Made by a program: the position numbers and the translations under genes. From NCBI GenBank assembly GCA_028866355.1, contig JAGWIH010000001.1, forward strand, positions 1 to 47,072: DNA of 47,072 nt, read 5' to 3'. Below the pieces are notes generated by a model. That model made no database searches. It saw only the letters and a list, made by a program, of their open reading frames with translations, and was not told the origin of the DNA. Positions 9,125-16,471 of this stretch are shown piece by piece. This stretch comes from Alphaproteobacteria bacterium. Lineage in GTDB: Bacteria; Pseudomonadota; Alphaproteobacteria; ATCC43930; CGMCC-115725. Numbering within the stretch: the first letter of the stretch is position 1; each line of letters begins with the position of its first letter.

Positions 9125-9991
9125 ATGAGGCTCTGCCGCTACAACGACAATCGCATCGGCATCGTCCGCGGCGGCGCGGTGCATGATGTGACCGCGATCG
9201 TCGATGAGCTGCCGGCGCAACGCTATCCGCTGGCGCTCGGCGACCCATTGATCGCACGCCTCGGCACGCTGCGGCCGAAGCTCGAAAAGCTCGCCGACCA
9301 AGCGAAGCCGGTGCCGGTTGCCGCTGTGCGGTTACTCAGTCCGGTCGCCAATCCGTCGAAAATCATCGGCACGCCGGTGAATTATCACGCCCACCGGCTC
9401 GAAGCCGACAAGGACAAGGAGATCGCGGTCTATTCGCCGTCGACCCGCGCGCGGCCGATCGAGGAGCAGGGCCTGTTCCTGAAGGCGATCAGTGCGCTCG
9501 TCGGGCCGGCCGAAGGCGTCGCGGTGCGCTTTCCCGACCGGCGCACCGACCACGAGGCCGAACTTGGCCTGGTCATCGGCAAGCGCGCCGCCAATGTCTC
9601 CGAGGCCGAAGCGCTCGACTATGTCGCTGGCTACGCGATCGCGCTCGACATGGTGGTGCGCGGATCGGAGGACCGCAGCTTCCGCAAATCGATCGATACT
9701 TATGCCGTGCTCGGCCCGTGGCTGGTGACGGTGGACGAAGTCGGTGATTCTTCGAAGCTGACGTTTTCGCTCAAGGTGAACGGCGAAATCCGCCAGGCGT
9801 CGAATACCAGCTTGATGGTGATGAATATTCCGCGCCAGATCGCATGGGCCTCGACCTTCTACACGCTGCTGCCCGGCGACATCATCATGACGGGAACCTG
9901 CGAAGGCGTCGCGCGCGTGGTGCCGGGCGACACGATGACGCTCGAGTTCGAGCGCATCGGCCGGATGGAGGTTCCGGTTCGCGGCGCCTGA
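9125..9991 (+). CDS. fumarylacetoacetate hydrolase (FAH) family protein
   Basis: I placed the start at ATG 9125 (MRLCRYNDNRIGIV...). The FAH-family core is HEAELGLVIGKRA...GYAIALDMVVR...PGDIIMTGTCEGV. Confidence 0.85.
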   Translation: MRLCRYNDNRIGIVRGGAVHDVTAIVDELPAQRYPLALGDPLIARLGTLRPKLEKLADQAKPVPVAAVRLLSPVANPSKIIGTPVNYHAHRLEADKDKEIAVYSPSTRARPIEEQGLFLKAISALVGPAEGVAVRFPDRRTDHEAELGLVIGKRAANVSEAEALDYVAGYAIALDMVVRGSEDRSFRKSIDTYAVLGPWLVTVDEVGDSSKLTFSLKVNGEIRQASNTSLMVMNIPRQIAWASTFYTLLPGDIIMTGTCEGVARVVPGDTMTLEFERIGRMEVPVRGA

Positions 9992-9994
9992 GGA

Positions 9995-10597
9995 TTAGTC
10001 GCCGTGCGCGATCCGGCCGCTGTCCGGATCGACGGCGACTTCGCGCGGGCCGCCGTCCTGCGTCACGTTGGCGACAAATCCCGTACCGGCGGGGCGGATG
10101 GCGTTGACCTGCACGTAGCCGCGATTGGCCAGCACGTTGAGCGCCCGCGTCTCGCGATCGGCGGCTGCGCTCGGTGGCGTGATGCGGCCGGTATCGGGGT
10201 TGATCGTGACGACGTAACTGCCGCGCGGATCATCGACCGTCGCTTCGAAGTTGCGACCGACCCGATGCATGTCGTGAAATTGTCCGTAGCCCGCCGCCGC
10301 CAAATCGTTGAGCGCCGCGACTTCGCGCCGTTGTTCTGCGGTGCTCGACGCCGCCATCGGATGTGATGGCCTAAGCGCTTTTTTCGGCGGCACGGCCGGA
10401 CCGGCGGTCGGATTGATCTGCGACAGCGAACGGGCGTCGGGCATCGGCGTGGCGACAGGCGGTGCCGCCACGTGCGGCGCTGGCGAGATCGGCGTCGGCG
10501 CCGGCTCGATCGGTACGCTCGCCGTCGGTGGATCCGCCATCGCCGTGCCGGCAAATGCCCAGGTCAAGGCGACGGCGATGGTGAAGGCCCGTTTCAT
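9995..10597 (-). CDS. secreted protein with Pro-rich linker and two PepSY-like repeats
   Basis: I placed the start at ATG 10597, preceded by GAGGAG. The signal peptide is MKRAFTIAVALTWAFAGTAMA, followed by a proline-rich segment. Two ~50-aa internal repeats follow (ALNDLAAAGYGQF...VVTINPDTGRI and ALNVLANRGYVQV...EVAVDPDSGRI). The remaining 175 N-terminal codons of ORF 9995..11122 look non-coding. Confidence 0.55.
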   Translation of the reverse strand: MKRAFTIAVALTWAFAGTAMADPPTASVPIEPAPTPISPAPHVAAPPVATPMPDARSLSQINPTAGPAVPPKKALRPSHPMAASSTAEQRREVAALNDLAAAGYGQFHDMHRVGRNFEATVDDPRGSYVVTINPDTGRITPPSAAADRETRALNVLANRGYVQVNAIRPAGTGFVANVTQDGGPREVAVDPDSGRIAHGD

Positions 10598-10820
10598 GGC
10601 GCGCTCCTCGCGGCGGCATACGGTCGGGTGCCGACCGCTCAAATTTGGCTCAATTGTAGGATTTTCGCGTAATTCTCGACAAGGCGGCCTATGACCAAAC
10701 TGTGGCCGGCCGCTTGGTTGGGCTGAACCTGAATTTGGCGTTATAATTCCAATAAACCGGGAGAAGCGGTTCGTCCGCTGCGCCGGCGCGAATCGCTCCA
10801 GCTCAACGTGGAGGGTCGCC

Positions 10821-11255
10821 ATGAACGTGAACGACATTCTCAAAGCCAAAGGCCGGGACGTTGCGACGGTCGCGCCCGACGCCACCGTAACGGACGCGGC
10901 GCGGTTGCTGCATCGTCGTGGCATTGGTGCGCTCGTTGTCAGTGCCGACGGCAATCGTTTGGACGGTATCCTGTCCGAACGCGACATCGTGCATGCGCTC
11001 TCGGCGCAGGGCGCGGCGGTGCTCGACAGGCGGGTTGCCGAATTGATGACGCGCCGCGTCGTCACCTGCACGCCGAACGACACGATCGCCGAGCTTATGG
11101 GCGAAATGACGCGCCGTCGCATCCGTCATCTGCCGGTTGTCGATCGCGGCCGTCTCGCCGGGCTCGTCAGCATCGGCGATGTTGTGAAGAGCCGGCTCGA
11201 AGAAATGGAATCCGAAACCACGTCGCTCCGACAATTCATCGCCGGCGCGGCCTAG
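10821..11255 (+). CDS. CBS domain-pair protein
   Basis: This is a 144-aa protein with an ATG preceded by GGAGG. It has two CBS motifs (GIGALVVSADGNRLDGILSERDIV and IRHLPVVDRGRLAGLVSIGDVV). Confidence 0.85.
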   Translation: MNVNDILKAKGRDVATVAPDATVTDAARLLHRRGIGALVVSADGNRLDGILSERDIVHALSAQGAAVLDRRVAELMTRRVVTCTPNDTIAELMGEMTRRRIRHLPVVDRGRLAGLVSIGDVVKSRLEEMESETTSLRQFIAGAA

Positions 11256-11267
11256 GACGCGAAAAAC

Positions 11268-11295
11268 GGCGCCGCGCGAGATATCGCGCGGCGCC
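11268..11295. terminator. bidirectional hairpin between convergent genes
   Basis: The sequence GGCGCCGCGCG-agatat-CGCGCGGCGCC forms an 11-bp perfect GC stem with a 6-nt loop. It lies between the CBS gene stop (11255) and the stop of the minus-strand gene (11322), with an A-run (gaaaaac) on its 5' side. Confidence 0.6.
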
Positions 11296-11321
11296 GCCCG
11301 AAGTTAAGTGCGGCTTTCCGA

Positions 11322-11717
11322 CTAGTGTCCGCCGGTACCGACGCCGCCGCTGGCGCCCGCACCAACATTGCCGCCGATGCCGGATTGACCCTGCGCGTTC
11401 ACACTGCTGCGCGTGTTTCCGGTCAGCCCGGGGTCGCCGTTGATATTGCCTTTCAGCCCGGCGTCGCCGCCGGTATTGCCGGTTAGACCTGGATCACCAG
11501 AGACGTTGCCGTTGATCCCGGCCTTCGCACCCGTGGATGCGCCTGCGCCGTTGACGCCGACGCCAGCATTGACGCCGGCCCCGCCGCTGCTTTGAGCGAA
11601 ACAGGGCGTCACGCCAACGGCGCTGCCGTGCGACGAGAAGCTTGGCAGGAAGAGGATCGTTGCCAACGCCGTCGCGCCGGCGATGGTGAGCTTAGTCACG
11701 CGGTGATTCGTCTTCAT
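11322..11717 (-). CDS. small secreted Gly/Asn-rich repeat protein (hypothetical)
   Basis: It has an ATG preceded by GGAGG and a hydrophobic N-terminal signal-like segment (LTIAGATALATILFLPSF). The low-complexity body contains repeated G-D-P/A-G-L-T/K-G-N units. Coding status rests on the RBS and signal peptide only. Confidence 0.5.
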   Translation of the reverse strand: MKTNHRVTKLTIAGATALATILFLPSFSSHGSAVGVTPCFAQSSGGAGVNAGVGVNGAGASTGAKAGINGNVSGDPGLTGNTGGDAGLKGNINGDPGLTGNTRSSVNAQGQSGIGGNVGAGASGGVGTGGH

Positions 11718-11775
11718 GATCGGATTACCTCCACGGTCGTTGCACGGACGATTTCCAGACGGTGAAACAGACGCT

Positions 11776-11800
11776 AAAAAAGGCGGCGCGCAGAGCGCGC
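11776..11800 (-). terminator. possible Rho-independent terminator downstream of the GT4 gene
   Basis: The minus strand reads GCGCGC-tct-GCGCGC-cgcc-TTTTTT. The stem is short, the loop is tight and a 4-nt spacer precedes the T-run, so this call is weak. Confidence 0.3.
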
Positions 11801-11965
11801 TGACCGAGCTGCCGGTGGGGGGAGGATCGGCAGGGCGGCCGGGGCACGCTCTACGCGTCTAGGCTCGATATAACTCGGCTCTTGGGCAACCAAAGGGCGA
11901 AATGATGCCGCACAGATTGGTCACGCCGTGTGACCGGATTCGGGCGATTCATGCCGTTGCGGCCT

Positions 11966-13018
11966 TCAGCCGACGACACGCAGCCGCGGCTTCGCAGTGG
12001 TGACCATCAGGTTGTAGATGGCTTCGTAATCGCGGGCCATGCGGCGCGCGGTGAAGCGCTCTTCGAAGCGACGGCGGATCTTGTCGCGCGGCAGGCGGTC
12101 GATTTTATGCACGGCCGCCGCGGCCGCCTCTTCATCGGCGACGATGAAGCCCGTCACGCCGTCTTCGACGATTTCGGATACCGAACCGCTGTCATAGGCG
12201 ATCACGGGCGTGCCGCACGCCATCGCTTCGATCATCACCAGGCCGAACGGTTCCGGCCAGTCGATCGGCATCAGCAACGCCTTTGCGCCGCTGAGAAACT
12301 CGGATTTTTCGCCGTCGCCGATCTCGCCGATAAATTCGATGTCGGGCCGAGCGAAAAGCGGTTTGATCTCACGCGCGAAATAGTCGCGGTCAACGCGGTC
12401 CACTTTCGCCGCGACTCGCAAGGGCGTTTTCGCCAGCGCCGCGATGCGGACGGCACGGTCGATGCCTTTTTCCGGCGAAATTCGGCCGAGCACCGCCAGA
12501 TATTCCGGGTCGATCGGCAGCGGCGTCAGCAGACCTTCCGGCAATCCGTGCTGCACGGTCCGCGCCCAATTTGCGTTCGGCACGGGCTTACGTTGCGCAT
12601 CCGAAATCGACACCACGGGAACGTCACTGAACGTCTCGAAAACCGCCTGATGCTCGTTCAGATCGAGCCGCCCATGCAAGGTCGTCAGGAACGGGGTGGT
12701 CTGCCGCGAGAATAGGGAAAACGGAAAGTAGTCAAGATGGAAATGGAGCAAGTCAAACTCGGCCGCGCGCCGGCGAACACGCTCCAGCATGACCATGTGC
12801 AACGCGATCGGATCGCGTATCGAGCTGTCGAGCCGTAACGCCCGCTGCGACATCGGTTCGAGCTTGGCCGCGGTCATGGAATCGCCGCTGGCGAACAGCG
12901 TCACGTCGTGCCCGAGCGCCACGAGCTCCTCGGTCAGCCACGAGACGACGCGTTCGGTCCCCCCATAGAATTTCGGCGGGATCGCCTCCGTCAGTGGCGC
13001 GATCTGGGCAATACGCAT
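11966..13018 (-). CDS. glycosyltransferase, GT4 family (GT-B fold)
   Basis: I placed the start at ATG 13018 (MRIAQIAPLTEAIPPKFYGGTERVVSWL...). The C-terminal domain carries an intact E-x7-E-type motif (PEPFGLVMIEAMACGTPVIA). Confidence 0.85.
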   Translation of the reverse strand: MRIAQIAPLTEAIPPKFYGGTERVVSWLTEELVALGHDVTLFASGDSMTAAKLEPMSQRALRLDSSIRDPIALHMVMLERVRRRAAEFDLLHFHLDYFPFSLFSRQTTPFLTTLHGRLDLNEHQAVFETFSDVPVVSISDAQRKPVPNANWARTVQHGLPEGLLTPLPIDPEYLAVLGRISPEKGIDRAVRIAALAKTPLRVAAKVDRVDRDYFAREIKPLFARPDIEFIGEIGDGEKSEFLSGAKALLMPIDWPEPFGLVMIEAMACGTPVIAYDSGSVSEIVEDGVTGFIVADEEAAAAAVHKIDRLPRDKIRRRFEERFTARRMARDYEAIYNLMVTTAKPRLRVVG

Positions 13019-13221
13019 CGGGAAACCTCCGTTCAAAATCACGACGAATGCGGAAGAGCAAAGCAGGCGAGCGCCGTAACCCTTCTCGTTTTGTGTCGGC
13101 AGTAATGTCGCTACCGAAAACGGCGTATTTCGGGCATCGGCCAAAAACGCGGATTTGTCACAGCGGTTCCGGTCGCAACCGCCCATCATTTGAACACGAT
13201 CATCATCCACGTTTCGCGCCA

Positions 13222-14985
13222 ATGAACCCGATCACCACCTATGCTTCCCGTCCTCTGGCTTTCTTTTGGCGCTACGTAACCAGGCGCCCTATTGGGCATA
13301 TCGCGATTTTCCTGTCCGTGCTGGTGGCCGTCAGCTGTTCAGTCAGCCAGCAATACGGCGTCAAGTTTCTTGTCGACACTTTGGCGTCCGGCCCCGCGGC
13401 GGCACATTTATGGCAAGCATTCGCGCTGTTGGTCGCACTGGTCGCCGCGGACAATCTGCTGTGGCGCGTCGGCGGCTTCATAGCCAGTCGGACATTCGTC
13501 GCTGTCACCGGCGACATTCGCAGCGACCTGTTCCGTCACCTTACCGGCCACGCTCCGCACTTCTTCAATGAGCGGCTACCCGGCATGTTGAGCGGCCGCA
13601 TCACCGCAACGTCGAATGCGGTCTTCACGGTCGAAAACATGTTCATGTGGAACGTGTTGCCACCGTGCCTCGCCACCCTGGGCGCGATCGGCTACCTCGC
13701 GTTGGTCAGCCCGGTGATGACGGCAACCATTGCAGCAGTCGCTGCCCTGCTCGTCGTCATCTTGTTCCGCCTGGCGGCCGCTGGCACGCCGTTGCATCGC
13801 GGCTTTGCCGATAAAGCGGCGCGCGTCGATGGCGAGATGGTCGACGTCATCGGCAATATGCAATTGGTGCGCGCGTTCGGCGGGCTCGCGCGCGAGCACC
13901 GGCGATTCGAGGCTGCGGTCGGACAGGAAATGACGGCGCGCCGCAAAAGTCTGTTCTATCTCGAAAAGCTCCGGCTCATCCATGCCGTCATCACCATCAT
14001 TCTGACCCTCGTTCTGCTCGGTTGGGCGCTGCTGATGTGGCAACACGGCGCGGCGACCACCGGCGACGTCGTTCTCGTCTGCACTCTCGGCTTCACCATT
14101 TTGCACGCCACCCGCGACCTTGCGGTCGCGCTCGTCGACGTGACGCAGCACATGGCCCGTCTGAGCGAAGCGATCGAGACGCTATTGGTGCCACATGCGC
14201 TGACCGACCATCCGGAGGCGGCGGTCTTCCGTCCGGTCGGCCACGGTGTCGTCTTCGATCGCGTGTCGTTTGCGTACCCGGACGGACGCACCGTATTCCG
14301 CGATTTCAATCTCCGCTTCGCGGCCGGCCGCCGCACCGGCCTGGTCGGCGCTTCCGGCGGCGGCAAGTCGACGATCTTCATGCTGCTCCAGCGCTTTCAT
14401 GCCGTGCAGGGCGGCCGCATCATGATCGACGGCCAAGATATCGCCCGGTTGAAAGAAGACAGCTTGCGCGACGCCATCGCCTATGTACCGCAAGATCTGT
14501 CGATGCTGCACCGTTCTGTTCTCGAGAACATCCGATACGGCCGGCCGGACGCGAGCGACGCCGATGTCGCTGCCGCGGCGCGCGCCGCGTTGTGCGACGA
14601 TTTTATCTCGGCCTTGCCGCAAGGTATCGCAACGCTCGTCGGCGAACGCGGCGTCATGCTGTCCGGTGGTCAACGCCAGCGCATTGCCATCGCGCGCGCC
14701 TTGCTCAAGGATTCACCGATCCTGCTGCTCGACGAGGCGACATCGTCGCTCGATCCGGAATCAGAGGAAATCGTGCGCACGGCACTCGATCGGTTGATGC
14801 GCGGCCGCACCGTGATCGCCATTGCTCATCGTCTCGCAACGCTGCGCGGGTTCGATCGTATCGTCGTACTCGACAAAGGTCGCGTCCTCCAAGACGGCAC
14901 GCCGCACGATTTGTCGCGCCGCGACGGCCCCTACCGCGATCTGCTCATGCGCGAAATGACCCGTCTCGGTCAGCGCGCCGCCTAG
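13222..14985 (+). CDS. ABC exporter, fused permease/ATPase (MsbA-like type I exporter)
   Basis: I placed the start at ATG 13222 (MNPITTY...). The N-terminal half is hydrophobic. It has Walker A GASGGGKST, the signature LSGGQRQR and Walker B ILLLDEATS. Confidence 0.9.
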   Translation: MNPITTYASRPLAFFWRYVTRRPIGHIAIFLSVLVAVSCSVSQQYGVKFLVDTLASGPAAAHLWQAFALLVALVAADNLLWRVGGFIASRTFVAVTGDIRSDLFRHLTGHAPHFFNERLPGMLSGRITATSNAVFTVENMFMWNVLPPCLATLGAIGYLALVSPVMTATIAAVAALLVVILFRLAAAGTPLHRGFADKAARVDGEMVDVIGNMQLVRAFGGLAREHRRFEAAVGQEMTARRKSLFYLEKLRLIHAVITIILTLVLLGWALLMWQHGAATTGDVVLVCTLGFTILHATRDLAVALVDVTQHMARLSEAIETLLVPHALTDHPEAAVFRPVGHGVVFDRVSFAYPDGRTVFRDFNLRFAAGRRTGLVGASGGGKSTIFMLLQRFHAVQGGRIMIDGQDIARLKEDSLRDAIAYVPQDLSMLHRSVLENIRYGRPDASDADVAAAARAALCDDFISALPQGIATLVGERGVMLSGGQRQRIAIARALLKDSPILLLDEATSSLDPESEEIVRTALDRLMRGRTVIAIAHRLATLRGFDRIVVLDKGRVLQDGTPHDLSRRDGPYRDLLMREMTRLGQRAA

Positions 14986-15740
14986 GTCGCGGCGAGGAAG
15001 GCGTCAAGCCAGCGGATTACGCTGGCGACGCTGTCGAGCCGATAGCGCGCGATGCTCTCGCCGCCGCCAACATGGATTGCGATTCCATCCAACCGATTGG
15101 CGACTGCGAACCCTGCTTCGTCCGTCCAATCGTCGCCGACGAAGATCGGTCGCTTGCCGCGGAATTCAGGCTCGGCGAAAAATGTCTCCACGGCGTGACC
15201 CTTGTCGGTGCCACGTGGGCGCAGTTCAACCACCATCTTGCCGGTCAGCATCATCAGCTGATTTTCGGACAGCAGAACGGCCCGTTCGGCGACGCGCCGG
15301 CAGGTGTCGGCAAGCTCGGGCCGGTCGCGATAGTGGATGGCAATGGCCAGGCCTTTGTCTTCGATAGTTGCGCCCGGCGTTAAGGCCGCAAATTGATGAA
15401 TCACCGGCCAGATGCGTTCGAGCGCCGGGTCGGTCCGCGGCCGATGGATGACGCCGCCTGCGCTACGGCGTTCCAGGCCGTGATTGCCCGCCGCGGCGCC
15501 GGTATAGCCGGCAAGCCGGCCCGTAAGATCGGCGAGCGGACGGCCGCTGATCACGGCGAGTGCGCCATCGAGTCTGGCAGCGATGCGTTGCAGCAACGCA
15601 GGCAAATCCGATGCGACCGCGATGCGGTCGGGCGCGCCGGCGATCTCGACCAACGTGCCGTCGAAATCGGTGAACAGCGCGTCGCCGCGCGCCAGCAGCG
15701 GCGGGTGCAGTGCGGCGGTCGTGCTGGGGGCGATCACCAA
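14982..15740 (-). CDS. otsB: trehalose-phosphatase-like HAD-IIB phosphatase
   Basis: The HAD motifs are DFDGTL (I), ISGR (II), TDKG (III) and GDDWTDE (IV), together with GNHG, as in trehalose-6-phosphate phosphatases. The substrate is inferred from family resemblance only. Confidence 0.7.
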   Translation of the reverse strand: MVIAPSTTAALHPPLLARGDALFTDFDGTLVEIAGAPDRIAVASDLPALLQRIAARLDGALAVISGRPLADLTGRLAGYTGAAAGNHGLERRSAGGVIHRPRTDPALERIWPVIHQFAALTPGATIEDKGLAIAIHYRDRPELADTCRRVAERAVLLSENQLMMLTGKMVVELRPRGTDKGHAVETFFAEPEFRGKRPIFVGDDWTDEAGFAVANRLDGIAIHVGGGESIARYRLDSVASVIRWLDAFLAAT

Positions 15741-15888
15741 CGGTTCCTCGCCATGGTCATGAGCGCGATCCGAACGGCCAATTGTGGCGGATTTCGGACG
15801 CGCGTTGATACGGCGTGCAGCGCGGTTTTGTCACGAGTTGAGCCGCGCCGCACGCGGTATTTGTGCCGTTCGAGATGGACATCAGCGG

Positions 15889-16431
15889 ATGAATACGACT
15901 CTCGAACGATCGATCCGGCAGTACATCACCGGTTTGCGGCGCTACGCGCGTACGTTGGTCGGACGCGCCGACGACGCCGATGAACTCGTCCAGGAATGTC
16001 TTGTGCGTGCGATTGCAGGGACGCGACTGTGGACGCGGATCCGCGATCCGCGCGCCTATTTATTCGCCATTATGCACAACGTCTATGTCGACTGGCTCGC
16101 AGTGCGGCGGCGGCAGAAAAGCTATATCGAGTTGCAGCTTGCTGTTCACGTCGGCCAATCATGCACGGAGGCACAGATGGTAGCGGTGGAGACCAAGGAC
16201 CTCGAACGCGCATTGTCGTACCTTCCGCACGAACAGCGTGAAGTCGTGTTGATGGTCGGGCTCGAGGGCATGAGCTATCAGCAGACCGCCGAGGCTCTGG
16301 ACATACCGGTCGGCACGGTCATGTCGCGCTTGTCGCGCGGCCGCGCAACGCTTCGCCATCTCACCGATGGCAAGAAGCGCATGCCGGCGCTGCCGACGCC
16401 GGTGCGGCACAGTTATCTGCGGGTCGTCTGA
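15889..16431 (+). CDS. ECF-type RNA polymerase sigma-70 family factor
   Basis: I placed the start at ATG 15889 (MNTTLERS...). The region 2 pattern is ADDADELVQECLVRA...AYLFAIMHNVYVDW. The region 4 helix-turn-helix is MSYQQTAEALDIPVGTVMSRLSRGR. Confidence 0.85.
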   Translation: MNTTLERSIRQYITGLRRYARTLVGRADDADELVQECLVRAIAGTRLWTRIRDPRAYLFAIMHNVYVDWLAVRRRQKSYIELQLAVHVGQSCTEAQMVAVETKDLERALSYLPHEQREVVLMVGLEGMSYQQTAEALDIPVGTVMSRLSRGRATLRHLTDGKKRMPALPTPVRHSYLRVV

Positions 16432-16471
16432 AGCACGACCGTCGCCGGGCCGCTCGGCGGCCAGCCGCAAG

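Noticed and set aside
10598-10820. A GAAC...CGTT pair (ctGAACctgaatttggCGTTataa) lies in the AT-rich region upstream of the CBS gene and could be a general-stress (EcfG-type) promoter.
   Set aside because: The spacer is only 10 nt instead of 16-17, so it does not fit the promoter class.
15741-15888. An autoregulatory ECF-type promoter could lie upstream of the sigma factor gene.
   Set aside because: GAAC occurs (..ccGAACggcc..), but no CGTT-like -10 element follows at 16-17 nt. I cannot support a call.
16448-16462. A GGCCGC-tcg-GCGGCC hairpin lies between the convergent sigma and phosphohexomutase genes.
   Set aside because: It has only a 6-bp stem with a 3-nt loop and no flanking U/A tracts. 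Such motifs are frequent by chance in GC-rich DNA.
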